Source: Phaeosaccion multiseriatum (Eukaryota; Protista; Ochrophyta, other classes). From it: 64,000 bases of DNA. The stretch spans positions 1,984,001-2,048,000 of the forward strand of contig OZ218961.1 in assembly GCA_965112735.1 (NCBI GenBank), read 5' to 3'. Positions within the stretch are counted from its first letter, which is position 1. Every line of letters starts with the position of its first letter. Positions 42,701 to 58,300 of the stretch are shown here, in pieces. The notes below the pieces were generated by a model that did no database searches, was not told the origin of the DNA, and saw only the letters and a program-made list of their open reading frames with translations. Both the position numbers and the translations under genes were made by a program.

Positions 42701-45700
42701 AGGATGCGTGTGTAGCGTTTGGGCGCGTGCGTGCGTGCGTGCGTGCGTGCGCGTGGGCGTGTGTGTGGGCGCACACACGTGTGTGCATATGAGAAGAGAA
42801 GGGAAGAACATGGGAAGGAACAAGCAAGCAGAACTAAAAGAGAAGGAAAGGACGCAGCCAATAGAGCATCAAAGGGGCCCACTCATCCAGTGCCATCCAG
42901 CGCCAGCCAAGAGCAGGTCCACCCCTCCAGTATCCAGTGCCATCCAGTGCCATCCAGTGCCATCCACGCACCTGCCATGGCAAACGCGGCCCCCTTCTTC
43001 CAAAGGTTTTGATGGACTAAGCTCTTGGACACTGAGAGGTCTTGCGTTAGGTCCTCCTGCGTTGATGATGATGATGGGAGCAGGAGGAGGAGGAGGAGGA
43101 CAGAGAGGAGGGAGGGGAGGGGGTAAAGGAAAAAGGAGGGAGGAGAGGGAGGGCAGTAAGGCAAATGGTTTTCGAGGGGGAGAGGGATTAGGAAGAACAT
43201 AGCTTCAATGATGGAAGGAAAGCAGAGCCGCAGTTCGTGGCACAGGGAGGGAAGGGAGGGAGGGAGAGTGGGGGGAGGAAGGAAGGAAGGAAGGAGGGAA
43301 GGAAGGAGGGAGAGAGGGGGACAGGGGGAGACGGTACTCACTTGGATTGGCGCAACAGCAACGGTTCGACCGCGGCTGCTGCGTGTATGGCCCTCCATGG
43401 ACGCTTCATGGTCTTGAGGTATGGTTTCCATCTCTGTCGACACCAATGAGAGAGAGAGGGAGAGGTGATAGGGAGGGAGAGGCGAGAGGGCGGGAGGGAG
43501 AGAGAGAGAGAGAGAGCGAGAGGGAGGGAGAGAGAGGGACAGGGAGAGGGAGAGGGAGAGGGAGAGAGGGAGAGAGAGTGGGAGAGAGAGTGGGAGAGCA
43601 GGACAGCGAGACGGAGAGAGGATTGAGAAGCAGCGAGGGAGCGAGCGAGAGAGAGATCGGGAACGAGAGAAAGGGGGGGGGAAGAGAAGGGAGAGGAGCA
43701 GCGAGACGGACAGAGACGAGAGAGGAGCAGTGATAGCGAGGGCAGGAGATCAGTGAGGCCGCCAGAAGAGAAGTGAGTGCTGAAGGTGAGATTAGGTTAG
43801 GCAGGAGTGGAGAGCGGCTGCGCATGTCAAGAGAGGCAAGGTGGTGAGTCAGCAGGCGGGAGACACACACACACACACACACGCACGCGCACACACACAC
43901 ATCCGCACACGCACACGCACACGCACACGCACACGCACACGCACACGCACACGCACACACGCGCTCACAGTCACACTCGAACGCAACAGAGTCCAGCGAG
44001 GGAGGCTGATGGTGTGCATGAATGCATGACAGCCACAGAAACCTGTCTTTCGTGGACTTACGTGAGCGGCGCCTGAGATCGGACTTGGCCTGAGCAGATG
44101 CCTCTGCATACTGACTGACCCTGATTGGGGGGTGGTGTGAGGGTGGTTGGAGGGTGGGATAGTACAGTCAGGCATATGGGTATACGGTTTCCTTCTTCCT
44201 CCTTCTTCCTCCTCCTTCCTCCCTTCTTCCTTGCTCCTTCCTCTTGCCCTCTTTGCTGTACCTGACGGTGTCCGCCAGAGAGAAATCGCCACGCTGGGGG
44301 GCAACTCCCGTCATGCTGGTCTGTGGGGAGGGAGGGAGAGACAGGAGGGGTTGAAACTGAGCCAATTACGTCCTAAAAGTAACAGCAACCTACCCTACCC
44401 TACCCTACCCTACCCTACCCTACCCTTCCCTACCCTTCCCTACCCTACCCTGCCCTACCCTGCCCTACCCCACCCTACCCTACCCTACCCTACCCTACCC
44501 TACCCTTCCCTCCCCTTCCCTCCCCTTCCCTCCCCTGCTCTCCCCTCCCCTCCCCTCCCCTCCCCTACTCTCCCCTACCCTATCCTACTCTTTCCTCCCC
44601 TTCCTTCCCCTTCCCTACCCCCTCCCCTCCTACCCTATCATACTCCACTCACTCACTCACTCAGTCAGTCACCCACTCACTCACTCACTCTCTCAGTCAC
44701 TCACTCACTCACTCACTCACTCACTCACTCACTCACTCACTCACTCACTCACTCACACACTCACTCACATTCGCTCACTCACTCACTCCTCACTCACTCA
44801 CTCACTCACTCACTCACTCACCCACTCACTCACTCACTCACTCACTCACTCACTCGCTCACTCACTCGCTCGCTCACTCACTCGCTCACGCACTCACTCA
44901 CTCACTCACTCGCTCACTCACTCACTCACTCACTCACACACTCCTCACACTCGCTCACTCACTCACTCACTCACTCACTCACTCACTCACTCACTCACTC
45001 ACTCACTCACTCACTCCCTCACTCACTCACTCACTCACTCACTCACTCACTCACTCACTCACTCCCTCACTCACTCACTCACTCACTCACTCACCCACTC
45101 ACTCACTCACTCACTCGCTCACTCACCCACCCACTCACTCACTCACTCACTCACCCACCCACTCACTCACTCACTCACTCACTCACTCACTCACTCACTC
45201 ACTCACTCCCTAACCTTGCGATTCACCCGACTGGAGGATGTGGAGGGGACAAGGCCGCAAGCAACAAGCAGCGCAGCGAAAGACGACTCCGGCATGGGGA
45301 GTGTGCCTGCCAGGGAAGGGATGGCAGTGGATGGGGAAGGGAGGGAGATATCATATATATATATAAAGGAGTGGATGGGGAAGGGAGGGAGATACTTATC
45401 TTCCCCCTATATATATGTACTTGTCGTAAGATGAGATGACTTATGACCCTTTGACTAAGAGTACGTAAGAGTACGTAAGGTGACCAAATGTGAGGTACGT
45501 ACCCTTGGGGGGGCGGCTGGTGCTGGCGAGGTCGAACTGGAGGACCCCGGGGGACTGATCTGACAGACGGGCCTTGAAGAACTTGTCCGTCAGCACTCTG
45601 GGCTTCCCACGGAAGCTAAAGAGTTGGTGATACAGAGACAACAGTAACCGATACAGCGGTTGGTGATAAAACGATAGTGCAGCAGTTGGTAGTACAGCGG

Positions 45701-48700
45701 TTGGTGGTGCAGCGGTTGGTGGTGCAGCGGTTGGTGGTGCAGCAGTTGGTGGTACAGGCAGCTTACCTCGCGCTCCTCGCGCATACTCTTTCTCTTGCCT
45801 CTCTCTGCCTGGATGCATGCCCCACCCCTTTCTTCGCGTCTCTCTCTCTCTCTCGGCCTCTCTTTCTGCCCGTATGTTCCTATGTCCATATGCCTCTCAC
45901 CTTTCGTTTCTGAAGTTGGTCCACCTCCCGTGCTGTCCGGTGCCTCCGCTGACCGCATCCCATCCACTCGCGTATCTGACAAGCGATGAGAGAGAGGGAC
46001 ACAGATAGGGGAGAGTGAGTGAGTGCGTGAGTGAGTGAGTGAGTGAGTGAGTGAGTGAGTGAGTGTGAGTGTGAGTGTGAGTGTGAGTGTGAGTGTGTGT
46101 GTGTCTGTGTGTATATGTGCTTGCGTGCGTGCGTGCGTGTGCGTGCGTGTGCACGTGTGTGAGTGTGCGTGTGCGTGTACGCATGGATCACAGCTCATAC
46201 CGAGACCCAACAAGCTCGTATCGAAACTACACGACACTGACAGACCATGAGTAAGTCACTATTTTACCAGTAGAACAAAAGAGTAGTGGGTCAGTGAGGC
46301 AGTGAGGTAGTGATGTAGTGATGTAGTGATGTAGTGATGTAGTGATGTAGTGATGCAGTGGAGCAATAGAGCGACTTTCCCTGACTTACTTGAGGAACAG
46401 GTTCTCCCACGCGTGACACTCTGCGAGCCGCATAGCGACGTTTCGGTCTCCGGGTCTGCGTGTGCGCCAATCAAAGACCGAGCGACGGGGCAAGAGAGGC
46501 ATTGTAAAGTACGTCTCGTCAGTGGAGAGGGAAGAGGGGAAGGGGGAGCTGGAACTCAATCTTGGGGTGCAAGGACAGCATCCACCCGCCCCCCAAAAGA
46601 GAGAGTCCCAACACCGTGCAGGCTATGAAGAATAGATGAAGGAAGGGATGAAGAGCGGATGAAGGAAGGGATGGGGATGAGAGAGAATCCTTCCCTGACT
46701 CCCTCCCTCCCTCCCTCCCTCCATCCCTCCCTCCCTTTCCTCCCCTCCCTCCCTCCCTCCCTCCCTCCCTCCCTCCCTCCCTCCCTCCCTCCCTCCCTCT
46801 GTATCACCAACTCCCACACCTGCTGAGGTCAAGATTGTAGTGCCCGCTGAAGCACAAGGTGTAGGCCGATGCGTTAGGCCCGAGGCGTGTCATGAGGACA
46901 GCCTCTTGCGCCTTGTCCATGTTGGCGTCGATTAGATCCTTCGTTAACGGTCACGTTGCAGGGGGGAAGGAAGGGAGGGTACGTTAAGAGGAAGTTCACG
47001 TACGTTAGCGGGGGTAAAGAGTACGTTAAGGGGGGAGGAGGGTACGTTCTAAGGTACGATCAGGGCCCCCCTCTCCCGCCCCTCTGTCCATCCATCTCTG
47101 GCACGCCCCCTCCTCCACCTTGAATACCTGCATAGCCTCGGTGTCCTGTATCTGGGGTAGGAGCTCAACGAAGAGCTCCATAAGTTGCGACGGGGAAAAC
47201 GGCTGTCCGGAGGCGAAGCACGCACAGAGGAGGTGCTGAACAGAGCTGCAAGTGAAGCGGAGGTCCATGGCTGCCAGACGGATGTACTGGGATGGCAGTG
47301 GATGGGTGGGAGGGGATGGCAGTGGATGGGCGGGAGGGGGAGGGGAGGGGATGGGATGGGATGGGACGGGAGGCGAAATGACTTATGGCTATGGTGATGG
47401 GTTGGGGTGGCTGTGTAGACGCCACACACGCACGCGCACACACGCGGCCGGCCACCCTTCACTCACCCACCCAGCCACCCACACACACACATATATACAC
47501 ACACTCACCCACCCAGCCACCCACACATACACATATATATACGCACACAGACACAAACACGCACACACATGCACATACATACACGCACATATACACACAC
47601 ACTTAAACGCACACACACACAAACACATACACACACATACACACACATACACACACATACACCCACACACACACACACATACACACACACACACACACCC
47701 ACCTGCATCCTATGGCTCGGCTCAGCGGCGATGAGCAGCTCCTCCAGCCTTTGCAGCCCCCCTCTGTTGAGGAGCATGTGTTCTGTGGAGGGCAAAGGGG
47801 AGGATCGAAGAGTGACGCACAGCAGCCCCGAGGTGGGCGGGTAGAAGGGTAGGCCGGATTGGGCATCGACCACCCAAGCGCGAGACTGGGCCTCTCGCCA
47901 TGCGGTGGCGTCCATAGCGGCGAATCTGTGGGTGGTGGATGGCAGGTTATGGAGGTGGTGGGTTGTTTGTTGGTTGCAGGGGATGCAGTGTTTCTACACG
48001 CCCATACTCTGTACCCTTTCCCCAATCCCCAATACCCTATACCCCAAACCCTATACCCTATACCCTATACCCTATACCCTATACCCTATACCCTATACCC
48101 TATACCCTATACCCTATACCCTATACCCTATACCCTATACCCTATACCCTATACCCTATACCCTATACCCCATACCCCATACCCCATATACCCTATACCC
48201 CTCACCTGCTGTTGTACGGGTAGCGCTGGTCCGTTTCCGCGTTACTCGCATCAAACCTGCGTCGCACCATCTCGTCCACACCGGCAGCCGGCTTCACAAG
48301 CGTATACTTCACCACCCCTCCACCTCCTCCGCTGGTGGTTGCTGCCGCTGCTGGGGTTGCCGGGCCTGGTGAAGGCGAAGTGGAGGATGTGGTTGTGGCG
48401 GAGACTGGATTGGCGACGGCGGGGGTGTGTGAGCAGCTGACGACTTTGCATCCGGGTTGGAGGGAGGCGCAGCGGAGCAGCTCGTAGGCGACGGCCCACT
48501 GAGAGAGGAGGGAGGGAGGGGGAGGGAGAGAGAGAGTGTGTGTGAGAGACAGAGGGAGAGAGAGAGGGGGGGGGGGGGGAGGAGAGAGTGGGAGAGAGAG
48601 AGAGAGAGAGAGAGGGGTGGGGGTGGGGGAGGAGGGAGTGGGAGGGAGGGAAGAGGGAGGGAAGGAGGGAGAGGGGGGGGAGGGAGAGAAGAGCTGAAGA

Positions 48701-51700
48701 GAGAAAGTCGCTGCTACATGGCCTGTACCCTGCTCTTCTCAATGCCCTTAGAGCACTGGACAGTTACTTCTTCCCTTCCTATCTGGCCTCCACTCCCCCC
48801 CCCTCCCCTCCCCTCCCCTCCCCTCCCCTCCCCTCCCCTCCCCTCCCCTCCCCTCCCCTCCCCTCCCCTCCGATCCGCTCCCATCTCCTCCCTTCCCCTC
48901 TACTCCACTCCCTCCCCCTCCATCCCCCCCTCTCCACTGCCATCCCTTCCTCTCCATCCACTGCCATCCCCTCCTCTCCATCCACTGCCATCCCTCACCT
49001 CGTAGGGCTCTGCGCAGTCCAACGCATACACCTGATGGGTGGGTGTCAGGACAGAGGGTGGGTGGGTGTCAGGACAGAGAGTGGGTGGGTGTCAGGACAC
49101 AGGGTGGGTGAGTGTCAGGACAGAGGGTGGGTGGGTGTCAGGACAAAGGGTGGGTGGATGTCAGGACAGAGGGTAGGTGGGTGTCAGGACAAAGGGTGGG
49201 TGGGTGTCAGGACAGAGGGTAGGTGGGTGTCAGGATAGAGTCAGGACAGGGGGTGGGTGGGTGTCAGGACAGACAGGACGTAGAAGAGGGGAGCCAAAGG
49301 GCAGACAAAACAGGAGGATACAGAGCACCACAAGCGTGAGAAAAAAGACAGAGAGAGGGAGAGAATAGAGAGAGGAGCGTGAGAGAGGGACACAGATTAG
49401 AGAGAGAGACAAGAGAGAGAGAACGAGAGAGAACGAGAGAGAGAGCGAGAGAGGAAGAGAGAGGAAGAGAGAGAAAGGGAGAGAGAGAGACAGAGAGCGA
49501 GAGAAGAAGAGGAAGAGAGAGAGTGTGAGAGACTCACCCCGGTGGGCATTCTCGGGTCAAAGGAGTCTTTGGTGTGTCCGGCACTCTCCGGAGTGAGAGA
49601 GGCGGCGTCCACGTACATCGCTCGGGAGCAGGGCCATGAGTTGAGGCTACGCATCTGGGGGATGGCAGTTTATGGATTGGGTTGAGGGGATGGCAGCGGA
49701 TGGGTCAGGGTTGGCGGATGGCAGTGGATGGGAGTGCATGGCATTGGATGGCCGTGGATGGGGGGCTAGAGCAGGTGTCTGTGTCTGTGTGTGTGTGTGT
49801 TAGAGAGAGAGAGAGAGAGAGTGAGTGTGTGAGTGTGTGTAGGCGCGTGAATGTGTAAGTAAGCGTGGGGCTACCCGGCAGCCTTCAGCACACACATATG
49901 GACACTTCCTACCTCAAACTGCGTACTACACATATGTAACACTATGTATCTACTTACACACGTAAGTACATACGTAAGTACATACATACGTACGTACTCT
50001 ACAAAAGGTAAATTACATACGTAATACGAAGTAGTACGTAACCCCCTCATAAGCTGACTGACTCACCAAGGCCCTCCCCCCATGACTGCCCAGCGCGTTA
50101 CCACAGAGCCTGATATCCTTGAGGGTAGAGTTCTCCTCTAAGGCTTGGGCAAGCACCAGGCAGCCGCGGGCAGTCACCTCGTTGGCGCTGGGGGGATGGC
50201 AGGGGATGGCAGTGAATGGGAGGGTGATGGCAGTGGATGGCAGTGGATGGCAGTAGATGGCAGTGGATGGCAGTGGATGGCAGTGGATGGCAGTGGATGG
50301 GAGGGGATGGGAGGGGATGGTAGTGGATGGTAGTGGATGGGAGTGGATGGGAGTGGATGGCAGTGGATGGGAGGGGATGGTAGTGGATGGGGAGGCAGGC
50401 AGAGTCAAAGCGCAGTGATCAGAGGCCATGGATGCTGAGGCGTGTGTTCATCACGGCAGCATCACAAACAGCATGCTCTTTAAAACTTCATGTAAAGTTA
50501 CGTGTTCTTATGCACTTCGGAGTATGATGTTTACGTACCTGATGTCCAGCTTGGTGACGCCCGTGTTGACCTTGAGAGCGTTTCCGAGGGCACATGCACC
50601 CTTATCTCCAATGGCGTTGAAGGCGAGAAGCAGCTCCGTTAGCGTGTTGTTCTTCACCAGGGCCTGTGGCAGTTGTGAGTGAGGAAGGGACGGGGGGGAG
50701 GGGGAGGATAAAGTGGTGGGTGGGGTAGGGAGGGAGAGGCGGGGGGAGGCGGGGGGAGGCGAGGGGTGGATAGAGAAGGAGGGAGAGAGAGGAAAAATCA
50801 CCGACAGACATTTTGTTAGTTCGCAGTTTGAGTTGGTGAGCAGCTCAGCTGTCAGCAGGTATGACTTTTAGTTACATCTATACATGTATATATATATACG
50901 TACTCTTACCTGCCCCAAGAGAATACCGCTGTCTGCCCCCAGGCTGTTCCAACTCAAATTGAGGCTGCGCAGAGAAGAGTTGACGTTCAAGGCTCGCGCT
51001 ACGGCAACACCGCCTGACACCACGTGGTTGGACTTGAGCTTCTCGTATCTTTGGGGATGGTAGTGGATGGGGGAGGGGGGACGGGGGGAGGAGGGGGTGA
51101 GGGAGGGAGGGAGGGAGGGAGGGAGGGAAGGAGGGAGGGAGGGACAAAGAGTGAATGAGAGGCGGAGAAAAGAGACAGAGACACACACATACACACACAC
51201 AGAGAGAGAGATGGGGAGAAGAAGATAGAGGCAGAGAGGATGGAGAGAGAGAGAGAGTGATAGAGAGATAGGTTGGTAGAGAGTGAGAAAGAGAGCAAGA
51301 ACCAGACAGAGAGAGATAGAGAGAGATGGAGAGAGAGACAGAGAGAGTGCTGTACCTGCCGCCGATTTGATTGTCGGAGAAGTCGAGGAAGGTGAGGCTG
51401 CGGTTGACCATCAGGGCATTCATGAACACCTGGATGGGGATGGCAGTGGATGTGTTCAGGGATGGCATTGCATGGGGAGGAGATGGGGGGAAGGAGGAGA
51501 GTTTAATAATCAGTACGCCACGAGAGAGATTCGGGGGGGGGGGCGAAGAGGGGGGGAGAGAGGAGAGGAGAGGAGAGGAGAAAGAGGGGAGGGAGAGACA
51601 GACAGAGACAGAGAGAGGGGGAGAGGAAGAAAGAGACAGACAAGAGAGAGACAGAGAAAGTCTGTATGTGAGAGAGACAGACAAGAGAGATAGATAGAGG

Positions 51701-53704
51701 GAGAGAGAGAAAGTCTGTATGTGAGAGAGAAAGGGAGACTGAAGAAATGAGGTAAGTCCCGCGGAGGCCAAGCGAAAGACGCGTGCATCACACAACACAC
51801 AATCAGCACACGCCTTGCTTGACCTCAACAAGCACACGCCTTGCTTGACCTCAACAAGCACACGCCTTGCTTGACCTCAACAAGCACACGCCTTGCTTGA
51901 CTTCAACAAGCACACGCCTTGCTTGACTTCAACAAGCACACGCCTTGCTTGACTTCAACAAGCACACGCCTTGCTTGACCTCAACAAGCACACGCCTTGC
52001 TTGACTTCAACAAGCACACGCCTTGCTTGACTTCAACAAGCACACGCCTTGCTTGACTTCAACAAGCACACGCCTTGCTTGACCTCAACAAGCACACCAA
52101 GCACACTCACACGAACGAAAACACGTATGTACATCCACACCACATCGGCAAACTCACAAACACACGTAAGCATACAAACGTTACCTTCCATAACCCTTTC
52201 ATAACTACCAATGTGCATGCCTTCACGACTCAAGTACTTGGTACTTATTCTAATGTACATGCTTTCACTTACCAGCGTCTCTGTGTCATCCATATCAGCG
52301 TTACTGAGAAGGAGCTCCTTAAGGCCGCACGAGGGGCGTTGAAGGTACTCACAGAGAGAGGCCGCAGCCACAGAGTCCAACTTGTTCAAGGAGAGGTCCA
52401 GCACCTGTTGGCGGTGGTATAGCAGTTGGTGATACAGTGGATGGGGGGAGGGAGGGAGGGAAGAAGAGTACACATGTAAGACTGATGAAAGGCAGGCAGA
52501 GGGGGGGGACTCGCATGAAGAGGAGCTACGTGAGAGTGAGTGCAAGGTAGCATGGCCCTTGAAGTTCTTGCTTCCTAACATTACGTAATAGAGCGTAAGA
52601 AGGCAGTCAGGAAGCCCAGAGATCCCAGATTTAGTCGGAGTTTCAGTACATTGACCTCGACCAATGTCGAGCACATCGATATGATTATCGATACACCACG
52701 CATTGCACAGCCTCACCCACCTTCATGTTGGAATCTGTTCTGCTACAGATGGCGTTCACCACTGCTTGGATGCCCAGGTCGGTCAAGCGATTGTCTCGTA
52801 GCACCAGCCTGCCCGAGGGGATGGCAATGGATGGGGGGAAGGCAGTGGATGTGGAGGGGATGAAAAGAAGGAAGGAGGAGGGGGGGGGCAAGGGGAGGGA
52901 TCACACAGACAGAGAGAGAGAGAGATGATAGAGAGAAAGAGAACGGGCAGAGAGAGAGAGAAAGGGCAGAGGGAGAGAGAGGAAGACAGAGAAAGAGAAC
53001 GGGCAGAGAGAGAGAATTTAAGGGAGTGCGAACCACAGGAAACAGAGGGTCAAGGGTGGTGATAGGCAGGGGACGCAGAAGCCCAAGACTTCCATCCATC
53101 CACTGTCATCTCCCACTTTGAGTGCCATCCACAGACATTTGGGCTGCCCTCGACTCGGAAACCCCGCGGGAACCCACCCACTCACTCACTCTCACTCACT
53201 CACTCACTCACTCACTCGCTCACGCACCCACCCACCCACCCACTCACTCACTTGCTCACTCACTCACTCACTCACTCACTCACTCATCCACCCACTCACT
53301 CATCCACCCACTTACCCACTCACTCACTCACTCACTCACTCACTCACTCACTCACTCACTCACTGACTCACTCACCTGTCGATGCTATGCAAGTCCTGGA
53401 TAGCCTCAGCGAGGAGAATCACGTAACCGTCGCCCAGTGACTTATGCGGCACCACGATGCTGCACAGATGGAGACGACGGACGTCATGAGTATGGCGGTG
53501 GGCGAAGGAGCGAAGGGTCGGGGGACGGGTGGTAGATCAAGGACAGCAGTGGGTAGGAGCAAAGAAGATCGTGCAAGCGAAAGCGAGCGACACTTCTCTC
53601 TCTCTCTCTCTCTCTCTCTACAGGAGGCAGAGAGGAAGAGGATGCCATCATGCGCTACTGCCAAAGCCCCAAATGGCACACACACACGCACACACACACA
53701 CACG

Positions 53705-53739
<35 letters not shown>

Positions 53740-54956
53740 GTACTCCTCATCTCTATCCACGACCAATCCCCCATGCTGGAGGGACCAACCCCTGACGAAT
53801 CGAGCCTCCGTATCACCAACGCTTTACCCTACCCTATCCTACCTGGAGGAGTTACCCCCATCATCGAGGAGGGCCATGGGAGGCATGCGCTCTTGCACGA
53901 GTCGGCGAGCGTAGGCGCTACGAGGCTGGAGCTCCACGGGCATAGACTCGGACTCCGGGCACTCGGGTCCTCCTCCTTGTCCTTCTCCTCCTCCTCTTCT
54001 TCCTCCTCCTCCTCCTCCTCCTTGTCCTTCTCCTCCAGCTCCTGCTTCTGCCCCTCCTCCTCCTCCTGCTGCTGCTACTGCTGCTGCTCCTCCTCCTCCT
54101 CCTTCCTCTTTTTGCTCCTCTTCCCCTTCTTCGTTTCCTCCTCCTCCTCCTCCTCCTCCTCCTCCTCCTCCTCCTCCTCCTCCTCCTCCTCCTTGATCTT
54201 CACCTCGCTTGACTGCTTCACTCCCCATGAACATGATGGAGCTTAGCGGTCGCAGCAGCTCCCCGTCCCACTCCTCCATACTACTCGAGCCCCCGAACTC
54301 CCCGCCCCCCCCCCCTCCTCCTTCTCCTTGCTGCGACTGTGTCACCAACTGCTGTGGCTGCTGCCAGTTGTTGCTTCGAGGCGGTGAGAAGCCGAGTGGC
54401 ATTGCCCCCATCCCTTCGCTGTACCTTCGCCCCCCCCCTACCTCGGCACTATCAAAGGCACTCATCGTCATCATCGTGTCTTCCTGCTCCGTGCCACCCG
54501 TACTGCAACTGGTGTTTCTCCACCTCACCCCCCTCTCTCCCCCTCGCCCCTCCCACCCCAACCCCCCTCCTGACCCAAATCCGTGCGTCAAACCCTCCTC
54601 TGCGGCTGTGGCTGTCGTAACGGTCATCATGTCCTCCTCTTGCTCTGCTCGGAAACCCTCCCCACCCTCACCGCGTCGCTGCTGCTGTATCACCAACTGG
54701 TGTTGTTGTTGCTGCTGCTGTACTGCCAACTGTTCCAGCTGCTTCTGCTCCTCCTGCCGCCGCTCCTCCTGCTCCATCAGCACCTCCCGAAGGAGAATGT
54801 CCCTGATTGGTTGATTGGTTGGTTGGTTGGTTGGTTGGTTGGTTGGTTGGTTGATTGATTGAATGGTTGATTTGGAGGGATGGAGTGATACGTTGAATGG
54901 TTGATACATTCATTCCCTGATTTGATTGATTGGTTGATTTGGAGGGATGAATTGAC

Positions 54957-54993
<37 letters not shown>

Positions 54994-55258
54994 GATTGAT
55001 TGATTGATTGATTGATTGGATGATTGAGTGGGTGAGCGCCCACACACGCATACGCACATTCACGTAGACACAACCACACACACGCACCCACCCACACCCA
55101 TGCACACACACGCACACACACATACTCATGCACACACAAGCACACATACAAGCACACATACACGCACACACACGCACACACATACTCATGCACACATACA
55201 CGCACACACTCACACACATGCACGCACACACTCACACACATACACGCACACACACACA

Positions 55259-55312
<54 letters not shown>

Positions 55313-58300
55313 CCTCTCAACGCGGTAGGCTTCCCTCAGTGAAGAGAAATCAGCAGACGTCTTGGCCCTCTCGTCTCCCTGGCATGATGTTTTGTTGTTG
55401 TGGTCATGTCGTTATCGTGTGTGTACGTGTGTGTGTGTGTTGGTCGTTCGTAGGCGTCGCCAGCACACCGCAGCGAGAGAGAAAACGTGTTTGTTGCATA
55501 GGTGGTAGGCAAGGTAAGCGATTTAGTGAGTCTTATGTTGATACGGTGGTGATACATGTCAACAGAAGACCGCCTGGGTTGGGCGCAAGGGACGCCAGCA
55601 GAGACCATCACACAGGGTACAGCTCAACCTCAGTTCCAGTTTCAGCTTGTTGAGGGCTCGATGAATATCGAAGACATCGATATATTGATGCACCTCTCAC
55701 CCTTCCACAAACGCCACATGTGATATCAACATGCAGGTAGAGGCGCTGGTGGTACAATACGGCCCCGTGAGGCTTTGTGATGAGTGAACGTAGTGTTACA
55801 TAATCTTACGGACCTGTTGCAACAGGATGTGTTCCAACTCGTCCACCCGGCGGTACACACCGAAGAAGGCGCTGTCTCGCTCGCGCTTCTGCGTCACTCT
55901 GGGGGGAGAGGGAGGGAGGGACGGAGGGAGGGAGGGAGGGAGGGAGGGAGGGAGGGAGGGAGGGAGGGAGGGAGGGAGGGAGGGAGGGAGGGAGGGAGGG
56001 AGGGAGGGAGGGAGGGAGGGAGGGAGGGAGGGAGGGAGGGAGGGAGGGAGGGAGGGAGGGAGGGAGGGAGGGAGGGAGGGAGGGAGGGAGGGAGGGAGGG
56101 ATGGAGGGAGGGAGGGAGGGATGGAGGTGGGGAGGTGAGGGAGGTGGGGAGGGAGGTGGGATGGCAGTGGATGGGGCGTCCGTCCACGTCACCCCCGCTC
56201 TATGTCTCTCTCTCTGCACCTTGCCCATCCCCTGTGATCCCTCTCTCCCTCTGGCTGAGCGGAGTAAAACCAACGCCTTCACCTACCGCTGCATGGCTCT
56301 ATGGAGATCCTCTCTCCAGCCCTGTTTGTGGCTACCCAGCTGCTGCCGTAAGCCGATGCTGAAGGGGAATCCTCCTCCGCCTCCTCCTCCTCCGCTTCCC
56401 CCTCCTCCTCCTCCACCTTCTCCTCCTCCTATTCCTCCTTCTCCCCCTCCTCCTCCTTCTCCTCCTCCTCCTCCGCCACCACCCCCTCCCTCGTCGTCGC
56501 CAGCTGTAGCAGTGGTGTCTCCATCAAGTGCCATCCCCATTCCGAACCCTAACCCGAAACCCAATCCGACGCCCAAGTCCTGTCGGGTACCGGCACACTG
56601 GCGGAGGAACGTTTCGCTTAGTGTGGTGGAGCGGCTGCTGGTGTCGCCGTCGTCGTTGTTGTTGTTGTTGTCGTTGTTGTTGCCCTGCTGTGGGTAGAAG
56701 GGGCGGAAGAGACAGAGGGACACAGAGTGGCACAGAGAAAGAGGTGGGGAGAGGAGGAAGAGAACAACAAGGGGAACGAGGAGGAGGAGGAGGAGGAGGA
56801 GGAGGGTGTTGAGGAGGATGAGGGTGAGGAGGGAGGGGTACAAAGAGTTACAGTAGGACTTTAGAAGGCGGGGAACATCGCAAGAACAAAACCAGAACAT
56901 GATAGGGAAGGGCCCTCTTTCCCTCTCTGCTTCCCTCCTTCCCTCCCTCCCTCCTTCTCCCTCCCTCCTGCCTTCCCTCCGTCCGTCCTTCCTTCCTCTC
57001 TCCCTCCTTCTCCCTCCCTCTCTCCCTGTCCCAATGTCCCTCTCTCCCTCTCTTCCCCGCCCCCTCTCTCCCCTCCCTCCCTTCCTCCCTCCCTTCCTCC
57101 CTCCCTTCCTCCCTCCCTTCCTCCCTCCCTTCCTCCCTCCCTTCCTCCCTCCCTTCCTCCCTCCCTCCCTCCCTCCCTCCCTCCCTTCCTTCCTCCCTCC
57201 TCTCTCTCTCCTCCCTCCTTGTCCCTCCATTCCTTCCTCCCTCCCTCCTTCCTTCGTTCCTCCCTCCCTCCCTTCTCCCTCTCTTCCTCCCTGCCTCTCT
57301 CCCGTCCTTCCTTCCTTCCTTCCTTCCTTCCTTCCTTCCTTCCTTCCTCCCTTCCTTCCTTCCTTCCTTCCTTCCTCCCTCCCTCCCTCCCTCCCTCCCT
57401 CCTTCCCTCCTTCTCCCTCCCTCCCTCCCTCCCTCCTTCTCCCTCCCTGCCTCCCTGCCTCTCTCCATCTGTCCCTCTCTCCCCTCCCTCCCTCCCTCCC
57501 TCCCTCCCTCACCTCAGTGGTCTGATACCGGCCGGTTAGCCTCGCTCTATCTAGCGACAACGTACTCCTCACCCCCCCCCCTCCTCCTCCCTCGCCAACC
57601 CCCCCCTCTCCCCCCGGGTAGTACGGAGGCACGAAGGCCTCCATAGGCAGCCCCATGGCTCTGACCCAATCGGCCCGGCTCTCATAGCCTGCTGTGGAGG
57701 GGCGATCGATCACCCCAAAGATCCTTCGTACAGCCTTCTGCCGGCTCCTGCACCATTCAGTTTTCAGGGTCAGTGTCAGTGTCAGTTTCAGTGTCAGTGC
57801 CCGTTTCAGTGTCAATTTCAAGGTTGAGGTGTTAGGTCGAAGCTTCCACGTGGAAGCTTCGATCCTAGTGATCATGGACGCGCTCAGTGAGCTGAGCTGA
57901 ACCTCGAAAACTGAACACTCTTTGAGGCAAATTGACTTGAATCCAATCAGTCGCAGGCCAAAAGCCAATCAATGCTTGTCAGTCAAGAGTCGACTTTGAA
58001 TCGAATGCTTCTGCGGATACCTCCAGATCGATATTACATGAATGCTTCTGTGGTGAATGCTTCTGTGGAGAGGTCAAGCTCACCTGATCATGCACCCTCC
58101 TCCTCCTCCTCCCCCTCCTCCTCCTCCTCCTCCTCCTCCTCCACCACCACCACCGCTGCAGCTGCTGCCATCTGCTGCCCCCCCCATCCCCGTTTGACCG
58201 AGGCCGGGCACGCCTTCAAGGGTGGGTTGGATGCTTGTGGAGACCATCTGAGGAGTGTGCTTCCTGACGGCTCCTCGTCCTTCGTAGAGGGCCCGGGAAG

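Noticed and set aside
51805-52095. 26-nt repeat as a CRISPR array
   Set aside because: No unique spacers, no cas genes, and it lies in a eukaryotic intron.
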